Assembly: GCA_964016885.1 (NCBI GenBank)
Contig: OZ024753.1
Span: 40,114,001-40,178,000, forward strand
Length of the DNA: 64,000 bases
From: Eledone cirrhosa
Taxonomy: Eukaryota
Direction of reading: 5' to 3'
Below, one piece after another: positions 19,524-34,164 of the stretch (position 1 is the stretch's first letter; each line of letters begins with the position of its first letter). A program made the translations under genes and the position numbers. Below the pieces are notes generated by a model. It did no database searches. It worked only from the letters and a program-made list of their open reading frames with translations, and was not told the origin of the DNA.

Positions 19524-20117
19524 TTTTAAATAGTGATAAAAATAACAACAGAATAGAATATGTCTGCTGTAGGCATTTCTTTTTATATTTTAATATCTAA
19601 TAAATGACTTTAGAATATCGCCATAATAGCTGTATCTAAATATCGCACAGTCACAGCAAGTCCTCAAAGACGCCAATTTTAACCACCGTTAGAGAAGAAA
19701 AACAACAAAACACAACAACAACAACAACAATAAAGAAAAAAAAATTACAAAGCCTACAAATATAGAAGGTGGGTAGAGCTGGCTTGGGCTGAACTTTCTT
19801 ACACACAGTTGATTTTTTAAAGTTATATTTTCAGCAAGCATATCTTTCTTTCTCTCTGGTTGCGTACAGATAGAATATAAAAAAGCTTGATACATGAAGT
19901 AGAGGAAAAAGGTTAAACTGTAACAGCGTTTGAACCAAATTCCCTTGCTTACATTACAACATGCTGATATTAAATGTGATATGCAAATAGAAACCAAAGT
20001 TGAAATGTGTAGATTAGAAAACAAATATTTGTGCTATATCATAACCATTACCACCAGCGTCTCTGATGCCGCCCGCCGAATATTTATGTGTTATATATAT
20101 ATATATATATATATACA

Positions 20118-20194
20118 CAGCGTGTCCCAAAAAAATATATACACCCTTCAATAACATTCTAATAAATTTGTATATATTTTTTAGGGAAACCCTG
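20118..20194. mobile_element. Tc1/mariner-type MITE, third copy
   Basis: CAGCGTGTCCCAAAAAAATATATACA...TGTATATATTTTTTAGGGAAACCCTG-TA. Confidence 0.7.
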
Positions 20195-20368
20195 TATATA
20201 TATATACACATACACACACATATATATGTTTGTGTATATATGTGTCTTTGTATGTATATATCGCATATATATATAATTATATATATATATAATATATATA
20301 TATATATACACACACATATATGTTTGTGTATATATGTGTCTTTGTATGTATATATCGCATATATATAT

Positions 20369-20401
<33 letters not shown>

Positions 20402-20857
20402 TATATGTTTGTGTATATATGTGTCTTTGTATGTATGTATGTATATATCGTATCGTATATATATATATAAATATATATATGTGTGTGTGTGTGCATATAT
20501 ATATATAATATATATATATGTGTATCTATTTATACATACATATATATATATATATATACTGGCTATTTCTAATGCTTGGCTCCAATAACAGAAGATAGAC
20601 GATATTTTTCCTAAACTAAAATTTGTTTTGATTGTCGCCATTAAAGTTTGAAACCTATGGTGTCGTACAGGCAGGCTGGAGAACAAAAACCTAAACTTTC
20701 TCCTCTGTGTGTCTTTAGGTTGATTCATAAATAATAGCTTCTTACCTAGACACGTGTCGGCAGATTAATTGATTAGCTAAACAGTATTATGAGGTGTATT
20801 TCAAGAGAAACTAGGGAGGTGGCCACATTACATTTTTCAAGAGTACACCGGTATATA

Positions 20858-20889
<32 letters not shown>

Positions 20890-21030
20890 CATTCATATAT
20901 ATATATATACATATACATTCATATATACATATATTTATATATATTTATAAATGAAAGTATAGAAATTGTTGTGAGCGTGAAGCCAACAGTATTTCATAAT
21001 ATATATATATATATACACACACATATATAT

Positions 21031-21081
<51 letters not shown>

Positions 21082-21092
21082 TGAGTGTGGAA

Positions 21093-21130
<38 letters not shown>

Positions 21131-21459
21131 GAGGAGAGACACAAACAAACAAAGAGAAAGAGTAAAGCAATGTAGACTTACTTATATGTGTGTATTTATA
21201 ATATATACATATTTTTACCTCGACCCCACACCGCCCTCAAATTACAAATTATCGAAATAAGTATATATTAAATGCACGCCCACGTAAGAGTACCTCAGCC
21301 CACTCACCACACGACAGTGTTGTTGGTTCGAATGAGTGTCTACCTCAGAGAATCACACTGTTTCACATATTTTTTTTTTGGGGGGGGGGGGGGATTTCTG
21401 GCTGAGATGTGATTTGTTTTTATGTCTCTTTAATCTCTTCGATCCTAGTCCTCTTAAAG

Positions 21460-21667
21460 CAGACTGGGGGAGAGGGGGAAAGATTGATTAAATAGACTAC
21501 AGTGTATTACTGGTACTTTATTTTATCGCCCTCGTAAGGATGAAAGGCAAAGTTAACATCAGCGGGATGTTAACTCAGAACGTAAAGGGCCATAATTCTA
21601 TGCTTGCAAAGCATAGTGTCCTGACGCTCTACCGACACAATACTGCCAAACCAATAATAAAAATGTT

Positions 21668-21700
<33 letters not shown>

Positions 21701-21993
21701 TGTTTCTACGTTTTGGCACAAGGCCAGCAATTACCCCAGTGCATTACTGGTACTTTTATTTTATCGACCCCGTAAGGATGAAAGGCAAAGTTAACCTCGG
21801 TGGGATTTGAACACAGAATGGCAAGGGCCGTAACTCTATACGTCAAAACATGGCGTCCGACCCTCTCCCAATACTGCCAATCCACCAATAATAATAATAA
21901 TAATTGTTTCTACGTTTTGGCACAAGGCCAGCAAATACCCCAGTGCATTACTGGTACTTTTATTTTATCGACGCCCGTAAGGATGAAAGGCAA

Positions 21994-21999
<6 letters not shown>
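21460..21999 (-). mobile_element. Three tandem SINE family A copies separated by (TAA)n
   Basis: Copies at about 21460-21650, 21700-21887 and 21904-21999 (partial). Confidence 0.88.
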
Positions 22000-22039
<40 letters not shown>

Positions 22040-22044
<5 letters not shown>

Positions 22045-22275
22045 TGATAATGATGATGACGATGATGTTGATGATGATGATGATGATTGTGATGAGGATG
22101 ACGATTTTGATGATGATGATGATTGTGATGACGATGACGATGTTGATGATGATGATAATGGTGATGATGATGATGATGATGATGACGATGATGTTGACGA
22201 TGGCGATGATGATTGTGATGATGGTGATGATGATGGTGATGGTGATGATTGTGATGACGACGATGATGATGATGT
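22040..22275. repeat. (GAT)n-rich simple repeat
   Basis: Read directly from the sequence. Confidence 0.9.
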
Positions 22276-22523
22276 AAAAAGAGTAATAGGCAGCCAAAGC
22301 TAACGGATTCTGTTAATTGCACGTGTGCACCCCCAGCAGCAAACAATTTGAGCCTGCCCTCCCTCCCTCCCCTACATACATACCGCAGTATAAATACCCA
22401 CTTCCTTTCCTATCCTTTCATATACAATCACCAGCTTTTTCCTGAGGCGCGTGTGTAAACTTAACCGCTAACACGTTTGTTGTTGTTTCACTTCTTTCGT
22501 GTGGAAGAGAGGCGGAGGAGAAG

Positions 22524-23430
22524 GTGGTGGTGGTGGTGGTGGTGGTGGTGGTGGTGGTGGTGGTGGTGGTAGTGGTGTTGGTGGTGGTAGTGGTGGTGTT
22601 GGTGGTGGCGGAGGAGGAGGTGGTGGTAGTGGTGGTGTTAGTGTTGGCGGTGGTAGTGGTGGTGTTGGTGTTGGTGGTGGTAGTGGTGGTGTTAGTGTTG
22701 GCGGTGGTGGTGGTGGTGGTGGTGGTAGTGGTGGTGTTGGTGTTGGTGGTGGTGTTGGTGGTGGTGGTAAGTGGTGGTGGTGGTGGTGGTGGTGGTGGTG
22801 GTGGTGGTGTTGGTGGTAAGTGGTGGTGATATGGTGGTGGTGGTGGTGGTGGTGGTGGTGGTAGTGGTGGTGTTGGTGGTGGTAAGTGGTGGTGATATGG
22901 TGGTGGTGGTGGTGGTGGTGGTGGTGTTGGTGTTGGTGGTGGTGGTGGTGGTGGTAGTGGTGGTGTTGGTGGTGGTAAGTGGTGGTGATATGGTGGTGGT
23001 GGTGGTGGTGTTGGTGGTGGTGATATGGTGGTGGTAAGTGGTGGTGGTGGTGTTGGTGGTGGTGTTGGTGGTGGTGGTGTTATGGTGGTGGTAGTGGTGG
23101 TGGTGGTGGTGGTGGTGGTGGTGTTGGTGGTGGTGTTGGTGGTGGTGGTGTTGGTGGCGGTGGTAGTGGTGGTGTTGTAGTGGTAGTGTTGGTGTTGGTG
23201 GTGGTGGTGGTGTTGGTGGTGGTGGTAATATTTACATATCATCATCATCATCATCATCATCGTCGTCGTCGTCGTTATCGACACTGGCGACGTCGTCGTC
23301 GTCATCATCATCATCGTCGTCTTCTTCTTCGTCATCAACAACAGCAACAGCTGCACTACCACACCACTACCCCCACCACCCCACCAGCCCCACCTCACAA
23401 CAATCATCATCATCATCATCATCATCATAA
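22524..23430. repeat. (GGT)n-rich then (CAT/CGT)n simple repeat
   Basis: Read directly from the sequence. Confidence 0.9.
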
Positions 23431-24623
23431 ATATTACTATCATTATGATCAATTAGAGGTAGTTGTTATAACACTTGAATTGTAGTACTTATGATTATTA
23501 CAACAACCCCCAACCCCTACACACATACACCCACACACAGACTCCCACACTCACTCACACACACACTCACACAGACACACACTCACACACTCACACAGAC
23601 ACACACTCACACACACGTACGCACGTAAGAATAAATATAAATTAAGCAATGAATGCATAATTAAGAATTACTCGTATCTAGAGTTTTGTTTATAGAAACG
23701 AAATTAATATTGGTTTACAAATGTATTACCGTAAGCATCATTACCGCCACCAGAGCACCACAGAGGGGGGTCCCACGCTGGTCACTGAACCAGCTAGAAA
23801 TGACAGCTAAATATCCTTCCATTCACACACATGTAACATCTTCATAGTGTCTTCATAACTAAATCTCCTCCCAACAGCATCATGTCTGTCTTCCCCATTT
23901 AGTGGCTGTTAACGCTCTGATTCGGTATGCAGAGTTTTGGGAAGATGGTGGTGCGTATTCGGTTTACCAAATTCGGAGAGTGGGTCGTGGTATTGTTTAG
24001 AAGGAGTCATGAGTGCTGACTGACGTTAAGATTATGGTCTTTGTTAAGTATTTTGTGGACTGATTTGAGCAATAACCCTCAAACACATACTAATTTCTTA
24101 AAAATGGAAATGAAACGCTAGGAAGGTTTTCCTCTATAACTTTAAAAAAAAACAGGATGGTCATAAATGGAGTGCCATTGATAATATAGGTCTCCTCAAC
24201 AAAGATTAACTTAATGGGAAATAAGCATTCTATCCGACGTTCCTACGATTCTGCCAATTCGCCGTCTAGATTAAAATATACATCTTGACAACGTCATCAG
24301 ATATTTTAAATTCAATAAAAGTGATTTTATTAGTAATTACCTGAAATCATTGAATTGTAATTTACCTGACATAATCTATATCAAGTGAACATTTTGTTTA
24401 TAAATTTTAAAACGTAAACATATTTTTATATATAGATATATGGATTTAGTTGGAACTAATAATTTCATAGTTTGTGCTGATAATGGATTGTGTGTACCTT
24501 TATCAAATTATGAAACTAATAGTTCCATGAAATCACAAAATTCAGATAAAAGACATGTATTAACATCACCACATATATATACGCACACATATATATATGT
24601 ATTTATATATATATATATGTATT

Positions 24624-24661
<38 letters not shown>

Positions 24662-24801
24662 GCTGAATAGAATAAGTGTAATCTGGGTTTTTTCGAATAT
24701 TAATAATAACATTTGATTCGTTTGCAATTATGCAAACAACCCTCGATTTTATAGCCATGTCTGGAGAATGAATAGTTCATTCTTGCTCTTGTGTTGGCAT
24801 G

Positions 24802-24843
<42 letters not shown>

Positions 24844-25073
24844 GACAGCATATATATGTGAAGGTATGTATATTTCCTCTGATAGTTTGTAATATTTTTA
24901 CATAGATCTATATGATATACATACCAACACACATATATATCCTAGAAACGATCGTAAAATGATGAATTTTTTAATATAAGGAATTGTTCTTTGTTTTTAT
25001 TCATTGTTTTTATTAATTTATATATATATATATATATATATATGTACATATATATATAATATATATATATATA

Positions 25074-25427
25074 TATAAAGAAAAAGAGATGAAATCGAAA
25101 ATGCAACTGGAGTCTTATTTTTTTTTTAAATATATATATTTATTTGGTTCCTTTACCGGTTTCGCAGTTCTTCTGCTTTTCAAAAGGTGCGTTGAGATGT
25201 GGTTTTTCTCACATCTGATGTGAGAAAAACCACAGACCCTCCATCTCAACTCACCTTTTGAAAAGCAGAAGAACTGCGAAACGGTAAAGGAACCAAATAA
25301 ATATATATATTTGAAAAAAAAATAAGACTCCAGTTGCATTTTCGATTTCATCTCTTATTCTTTATACTTTCACTCGTGTAGGACACCTCGGTTATTTTTT
25401 ATTTTGTAAAAAAAACCTCACTTTCTA
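25074..25427 (+). mobile_element. Fold-back element family E (PLE-terminus-like) in (TA)n
   Basis: ~125-bp inverted arms 25074-25199 and 25242-25366; nested hairpin 25198-25234; single-copy tail 25367-25427. Confidence 0.88.
25150..25187 (-). ncRNA. Minimal type I hammerhead ribozyme motif, U3-A8 variant, palindromic stem III
   Basis: CCUU-UUGAAAA-GCAG AAGAA CUGC-GAA-ACCGGU-A/AAGG. The + arm copy at 25254-25290 lacks one C in stem III. Confidence 0.8.
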
Positions 25428-25489
<62 letters not shown>

Positions 25490-25907
25490 GTATATATATA
25501 TATGTGTACATGTATATTTGTATATATGCATATATACATGCATCATGTAGAAAGAGTGAGAGAATGATATAGACATATAGTTATGCACAGCATTACTCCG
25601 CTAGAAGATAAATGTTTCAAAGTTTCAATTGGGTTGATGAAATAATCAGTCTTGAAGGGAGGAGAACTCACTGCAAATCTAGATATACGGACGATATAAA
25701 TTCCCAGAACATTTTATGGTGAAGTGCCAAACTTTTTCAAGATAACCATTTTCCATTTCTTGTATCTTATCTCTTTCCCTCTCTTTTCGTTTCTTTTTCT
25801 CCTTTTTCTGCATACGAACACATTCACACATAATGTATAAATATATATTCACTAATATATATATATATACTTACATACATACAGCTGCCCCTCGAGTCAC
25901 TGGTACA

Positions 25908-25954
<47 letters not shown>

Positions 25955-25961
25955 ATGTATG

Positions 25962-25993
<32 letters not shown>

Positions 25994-26545
25994 TGTATAT
26001 ATACATATATGTATATATATATACATATAGGTATATATATATATATATGTATGTATATATATATATATACATGTAGTGTATATATATATATATACATGTA
26101 TATATATATGTATATATATACGTATATATATATATATACATGTATATATATATGTATATATATACGTATATATATATATATACATGTATGTATATATATA
26201 TATATACATGTATATATATATGTATATATATACATATATGTATATATACATATACATATATATATACATATATGTATATATATATATATATATACTTATA
26301 CATATATATATACATATACATGTATATATATATGTATATATACATATACATATACATATATGTATATATATATATATATATATACTTATACATATATATA
26401 TACATATACATATATATGTATATATACATATACATATACATATATGTATATATATATATATATATATACTCATACATATATATATACATATACATGTATA
26501 TATATATGTATATATACATATACATAATATAATACATATATGTAT

Positions 26546-26579
<34 letters not shown>

Positions 26580-26699
26580 ATATACATATATGCATATATA
26601 TATATATTATATATATATATACATATACATATATATATACATATATGTATATAATATATATATATATACTACATATACATATAGTATATACATATATGT

Positions 26700-26750
<51 letters not shown>

Positions 26751-26765
26751 AATACATATACATAT

Positions 26766-26796
<31 letters not shown>

Positions 26797-27129
26797 ATAT
26801 ATGTATATTATATATACATATACATATATATATACATATATATATACATATACATATATATATATGTATATATATATACATTATACATATATATATACAT
26901 ATATATATATATATACATATATACTTATATATATATATATACATATATATATACAATATACATATATATATACAATATATCAATTATATATATATGTATA
27001 TATATATATATATGTAAATATATATAAATATATATATATATATATGTAAATATATATAAATATATATATATATATATGTAAATATATATATATATGTAAA
27101 TATATATAAATATATATATATATATATAT

Positions 27130-27196
<67 letters not shown>

Positions 27197-27222
27197 TAAT
27201 ATATATATATATATATATATAG

Positions 27223-27273
<51 letters not shown>

Positions 27274-27293
27274 TATATATATATATTATATAT

Positions 27294-27359
<66 letters not shown>

Positions 27360-27394
27360 TATATATAAATATATATATATAAATATATATATAT

Positions 27395-27467
<73 letters not shown>

Positions 27468-27704
27468 AATATATATATATATATATGTGTAAATATATAT
27501 ATATAGATATGTAAATATATATATATAATATATATATGTAAATATATATATACATACATATGTATATATATATATATGTGTGTAAATATATATATATATG
27601 TAAATATATATATACATACATATGTATATATATATATATGCGTGTAAATATATATATATATGTAAATATATATATACATACATATGTATATATATATATG
27701 CGTG

Positions 27705-27760
<56 letters not shown>

Positions 27761-27926
27761 AATATATATACATGCATACATATATATATATACATATATA
27801 TATACATATACTATAAAGTATGTCCATAGAATCATTTGATAAGATATATACACCATTTCCTATATACATATATATATATATATATATATACATATATATA
27901 CATATATATACATATATACATATATA

Positions 27927-28024
<98 letters not shown>

Positions 28025-28289
28025 TATATACACCGCTTGAAATATAATAAAACTTAAGTGGAAAGCATATGAAAAAGAGAAAAGAAGAAAGAAATAAAAC
28101 TGTGAGAACAGCAAAAAAAAATTCTGAAGAAAGAAATGTGGGTTGGGGTAGAACCGTTGAATTGTCAGAGAAGGGGTAGGCAGAGAAATGAAGAGATGAC
28201 ATGAAATATGAGTATTTAGCTATCTATATATCTATCTGTATATTTATATATCTGTATAGCTATCTATCTATCTATTTATCTATCTATCT

Positions 28290-28872
28290 TGAACGACTAT
28301 TGTCGCGGGTGGGGACCAATCCAGTTGACCACCGGGGTCCATTGTCATAATCAAACCGCCACCCTCCTTCAAAAACGAAGGAGAGGCGGTTTTCCTTTGT
28401 GTGGTAGCTATGACGAAAGAGGTTGATGGTGGATGAGGTTAAAAGGGCTGAGGTCAGACACCTTTCTCTCCGGCCAACAACTGATTCTATTTTTCAAATA
28501 CCACTTTGGAAGAAGAATCAGGATGGAGAGAGAGGTGCTGCAACCCCAGCAAGTTTTATGAAAGGTGGGTGAAAGTGGCGAGATGGCCCGAGTGAATGGG
28601 ACCTTCTCTCTATATCAGCCGTTAGGTTTATGAAAAAGAGGAAGAGAGGAAAGGGGTACAAACTCTTAGTACTCCTGGAGATGAGGGTTGCACATTTTTT
28701 TCGGGGGTATGTGTTACCCATAAGAACTGTCTCCCCCTATTGGGGAAAATCGATTAACTTTTAATTTACAATTGTGATAACATTTTACACGTTATTATTG
28801 CATGTAAACTCCCCCCCCCCCGCCCTTTGTAATTGTCCCCTTCTTTTGTGCCCCTGTGGCTAATAAAGAAAC
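28290..28872 (+). mobile_element. Probable L1/Tx1-type 3'UTR fragment inserted in (TATC)n
   Basis: GC-richer island ending CCCCTGTGGCTAATAAAGAAA, similar to the 3' end of the Tx1 copy at 12560; (TATC)n on both sides. Confidence 0.55.
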
Positions 28873-28949
28873 ATATCTATCTATCTATCAATCTATAAAT
28901 CTATCGATCTTTCTATCGATCTATATATCTATCTATCCCCCTCTAACTC

Positions 28950-28995
<46 letters not shown>

Positions 28996-29051
28996 CTCTT
29001 TATGCATCTATCTATATACTATATACTCTCTCTGTCTCTCACTCACACACA

Positions 29052-29159
<108 letters not shown>

Positions 29160-29389
29160 CTATTTATCTGTCTGCCTGCCTATTTGTCTCTCTCACGCGC
29201 ACACACACAGACACACACGCAAACACACACAGAGACACACTCACACATGTGCACACGCTGTTTTGGTTTATATAGTAATGTGCGAAATTAAGCAGGCTAA
29301 GTGAAAACAAAATTTTCAGGGTTGATGATTACAAGTGATCTATGCTCGTGCGAATACATCACGCATAGACTCTCATACGCAAACACACA

Positions 29390-29520
29390 CACCCTCTCTC
29401 TCTCTCTCTCTCTCTCTCCCTCTCTCTCTCTTTTGCATTCTTTCTTACTCTCTCTCTCTCTCACTCTCTCTCTCTCCTTCTCTCTCCCTTTTGCATTCTT
29501 TCTCACACAAACACACACAC

Positions 29521-29586
<66 letters not shown>

Positions 29587-29905
29587 ACTCTCTCCCTCTC
29601 TCTCTCTCTTTTGCATTCTTTCTTACTCTCTCTCTCTCTCACTCTCTCTCTCTCCTTCTCTCTCCCTTTTGCATTCTTTCTCACACAAACACACACACCC
29701 TCTCTCTCTCTCTATCTCTCTCTCTCTCTCTCTCTCTCACTCTCTCTCTCTCTCTTTTGCATTCTTTCTCACACACACACACTCTCTCTCTCACTCTCTC
29801 TCTCTTTTGCATTCTTTCTCACACACACACACTCTCTCTCTCTCTTTCTCTCTCTCCCTCCCTCCTTTGCATTCTTTCTCACACATTCTCTCTCTCACAC
29901 ACACA
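29390..29905. repeat. (CT)n-based minisatellite with recurring TTTTGCATTCTTTCT
   Basis: The motif recurs about seven times among CT runs. Confidence 0.85.
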
Positions 29906-30330
29906 CATATACCTAGCAGATATACGCATACACGATAACAAGCAGATTCATAAACTGACAAACACGCGTAAACGTTTGGGTTTATATAATACGTTAAAAA
30001 CAGTACTGACATTCATCTCAAGAATGTGGTTGTAACGTTATTATGACGTCAGGGCGGTTCATGATAGAATAAATCCTTTGTCTTGTCTTAAAGCTATATT
30101 CTCACGTGATGTTCCCGACCCACTACTCATTAGCCAGCATCACTAACAGTCCCGCCAACATTGATCACCTCTAATCAAGACAAAATCAAATCTAATCCTG
30201 TCAACGGCTTTCATAACTTCCATTTAACTGATCCTATTAGTTACATCCTTTGTCTACTGTTTTCATATATTTCACAGGCCTAGGGTGTAATTCTGTTTAC
30301 TTACATACTTAAACTTGGAAGCTCCCGCGT

Positions 30331-31176
30331 CTTGAGACACACAAGGCAGCCAAAGTGGTCCAATAGCCACGGTCAGTTACATCTATCAATACATCCCACA
30401 TCTTGAGACACACAAGGCAGCCAAAGTGGTCCAATGACTACAGTCAGTTATATCTATCAATACATCCCACATCTTGAGACACACAAGGCAGCCAAAGAGG
30501 TCCAATGACTACAGTCAGTTATATCTATCAATACATCCCACATCTTGAGACACACAAGGCAGCCAACGTGGTCCAATGACTACAGTCAGTTATATCTATC
30601 AATACATCCCACATCTTGAGACACACAAGGCAGCTAAAGAGGTCCAATGACCACGGTCAGTTACATCTATCAATACATCCCACATCTTGAGACACACAAG
30701 GCCGCCAAAGTGGTCCAGTGACCACGGTCAGTTACATCTATCAATACATCCCACATCTTGAGACACACAAGGCCGCCAAAGTGGTCCAATGACCACGGTC
30801 AGTTACATCTATCAATACATCCCACATCTTGAGACACACAAGGCCGCCAAAGTGGTCCAATGACCACGGTCAGTTACATCTATCAATACATCCCACATCT
30901 TGAGACACACAAGGCAGCCAAAGAGGTCCAATGACTACAGTCAGTTACATCTATCAATACATCCCACATCTTGAGACACACAAGGCAGCCAAAGAGGTCC
31001 AATGACTACAGTCAGTTACATCTATCAATACATCCCACATCTTGAGACACACAAGGCCGCCAAAGTGGTCCAATGACTACAGTCAGTTACATCTAACAAT
31101 ACATCCCACATCTTGAGACACACAAGGCCGCCAAAGTGGCCCTATGGCCACGGTCAGTTGCAACTATCAATACATC
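30331..31176. repeat. 71-bp tandem repeat, ~12 copies
   Basis: CTTGAGACACACAAGG recurs at 30331, 30402, 30473 and onward; no unique spacers. Confidence 0.95.
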
Positions 31177-31288
31177 ATTCAAATTTTTGTATAAAACAAT
31201 TATGGTCTTGGCCCTTTCCTAAGGGGTTAATATATCGAGCTTCTTCGCATTTGGTAAGAAACTAGTATTATACCAGATTTATTCATCT

Positions 31289-31617
<329 letters not shown>

Positions 31618-31913
31618 GTTCATTTATTATGACTATTGGTGAGATTTGTTACACTAGAGTTTCACTGAATCTCACAGCATAGAACGGTACAGGTCAGTAT
31701 AAATAATAGGTATAGATCGAAGTTGTAGCTGCAATATAGCAGATACCAATCAAGGGAATATATATATATATATATATATATGTAAAGTTATATTTAAAAT
31801 TGTTGGGTTACAACTAGTAAATATTTATAACTGATATAAAAGCACTCGACAAATATTTGGAGTATATATACAATATTAAATAAATGGAAAACTATATTTA
31901 TAAAACCATATTT

Positions 31914-31977
31914 ATTTCATTATATATATTTCGGGGATATCATATTAACAATATGCTATGCCTTCATCAGACAAAAT
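31914..31977 (-). ncRNA. Type I hammerhead motif (family F, minus arm)
   Basis: Reverse complement of 32104-32167. Confidence 0.72.
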
Positions 31978-32103
31978 ACAATATAAACAGTTTTATAGAT
32001 AAATAGATTCGACATACCGTAATGCCAGCGTAAACCTTTTCAAATGAAGTCGGTGTTATTACGGTATGTCGAATCTATTTATCTATAAAACTGTTTATAT
32101 TGT

Positions 32104-32167
32104 ATTTTGTCTGATGAAGGCATAGCATATTGTTAATATGATATCCCCGAAATATATATAATGAAAT
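32104..32167 (+). ncRNA. Type I hammerhead motif (family F, plus arm)
   Basis: AUUUUGU-CUGAUGA-A GG..CAUAUU GUU AAUAUG..CC C-GAA-AUAUAUAU-A/AUGAAAU. Confidence 0.72.
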
Positions 32168-32226
32168 AAATATGGTTTTATAAATATAGTTTTCCATTTA
32201 TTTAATATTGTATATATATATATATT

Positions 32227-32259
<33 letters not shown>

Positions 32260-32506
32260 GTTTACATACATACATGCATTATATACGTTTCGACAAATAG
32301 GAACACGTGTCTACAAACGCAGATATAAATAAACATAGAAATCTAATTCATCAAGACATGTATATATGAAGATGGAATAATATTTATATAACCACTCGTC
32401 CTAGTTTTCACACTAACAGTTTGAATAAACATACATGCACGCAGAAACCAAAATACATGACACGCGCGTCTACACACATACAATTGCGCACGCGTAGGCA
32501 CGCTAC

Positions 32507-32555
<49 letters not shown>

Positions 32556-32563
32556 CATGGTAA

Positions 32564-32708
32564 AGTATACATTTTTATTATAGAAATGGCTTCTACAGGA
32601 CTAGTACTGTTTCATTCGAAGGAAATCATCAGGAAAGCCCTGATAATTTCCTTCGAATAAAACAGTTCTAGTGCCGTAGAAGCCATTACTATAATAAAAA
32701 TGTATACT
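32564..32708. mobile_element. Fold-back element family D
   Basis: ~70-bp imperfect inverted arms about AAAGC at 32634-32638. Confidence 0.85.
32588..32639 (-). ncRNA. Type I hammerhead motif (family D)
   Basis: GGCUUUC-CUGAUGA-UUUC CUUC GAAU-GAA-ACAG UACUAGUC CUGU-A/GAAGCC. Confidence 0.75.
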
Positions 32709-32710
32709 CT

Positions 32711-32820
32711 GTAATAAAGTGTCCTGCTTAAGGACCTATAACGCATCGCCCGGCTGAGGAATAGAGCTCAAAATGTCACGATTGAGAATCCAACTCTTAA
32801 ACCACTAATCAAGGTGTCTT
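32711..32820 (-). mobile_element. Degenerate SINE family B head
   Basis: AATAAAGTGTCCTGCTTAAGGAC..AACGCATCGCC...AACCACT. Confidence 0.65.
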
Positions 32821-33762
32821 GACGCGATCAACCCAAGACATAAACATGCAAAACAATCAGTTACATAACCACACACAGATATGTGAAAAACCATGACATA
32901 TGTCTAAACAGATCATTCAAACACCTGATTCTCTCGACCTCTACATACACACTCACATTCAATACTTTCCGGATGTCATAGAAACCAGTCGAAAACACAT
33001 TTGAGGTGTGTTTATCTTCTGGATGGATAAATGTACTCAATACTTGCATATATTGCTGTCGTTGGTAAAACTTAAATCCTATGATACAGGTACCCTCGCT
33101 AAAGATCCTCACTGCTTTTCCTGTCCTTCAGAAGCTATCTAACATGTCTGTATTTTCGGTTTATTTCTTTCCCCATTTTATTCTATGTCAGCTGTGAAGG
33201 TCTGTCGTTACACAAGTAAATCTGTTTGCTTTGTTAGGGGAGGGACATTTGCTATTGTCCACCTTTGTGATTGAATGAAATGTAAATTCTCCGCTATCTC
33301 TGGATTAGAAGAGAGTAAATCGGTAGGATTCGCTTCGGGTGGTGTTAACTTACAACATATCAACCGCCTAATATAACCGCACTGACAAAAATACTCACAA
33401 ATACAAGCTGTTGCTTATCATATTTCAAATTTCATTTTCCGCGCTCAGTTTACCACTTGAATGCTGACACTTCCACCTGGGTGATCCGATTAATATATAC
33501 ACCCATCAAATTAATATGCAAATCAACCATAGGTAATCTATTAACAACTGTTACTATATACGTGCATTTATATTTTTATCACGCAGTTCTAAATTAATAT
33601 TCTGAATTATTATAACGTTAATCGACTGACCATGGCAACAAGGAACGAAAGAATTTTACTGTATTGTGTCATTCCTTGTGCTTATGAGACATTTAGTGAA
33701 TATTTCTAGCACGGGGATCCTGAAAGCAAAAGCTTTCACCAGAGAATAAAGGAAGATATAAT

Positions 33763-33950
33763 GGTTTCTACTTGTTGGCACAAGGCCAGCAATTACCCAG
33801 TGCATTACTTGTACTTTATTTTATCGACCCTGTAAGGATGAAAGGCAAAGTTAACCACGGCGGGATTTGAACTCAGAATGGCAAGGACCGTAACTCCATA
33901 CCTCAAAGCATGGCGTCCGACCCTCTACCGATACTGCTAATCCACCACCC
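33763..33950 (-). mobile_element. SINE family A
   Basis: Full reverse-complement match to family A. Confidence 0.9.
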
Positions 33951-34164
33951 ACCAAAGGGAGATATAATAGGACTTTAAACTGCCGATATTGTCCCGTAAC
34001 TCCCGAGGGGCACCGTATTGTATACGGCGTTTCAAGCTCATCTTTAAACCCTAGCAAAACCGAATCCTCTCCAAGTCTGTATACAGCAGATTTCTTCCAG
34101 AGAAAGAGCGAGAGAGAATGAGAGATATGGAAGTGAGAAAGAGATATAAAGGAATAATCAACTG

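Larger units (their letters stand above)
31782..32218 (-). mobile_element. Fold-back element family F (PLE-terminus-like)
   Basis: 161-bp inverted arms 31863-32023 and 32058-32218, 34-nt spacer, tail 31782-31862; (TA)n flanks. Confidence 0.9.

Noticed and set aside
22418-23452. Extensin- or mucin-like Pro/Thr-rich ORF (also 37354-38541 and 59740-60396)
   Set aside because: (GGT/ACC)n simple repeats open in multiple frames; no supportable gene structure.
30331-31176. CRISPR-like regular repeat (also 41082-43502)
   Set aside because: No unique spacers, no cas genes, eukaryotic context.
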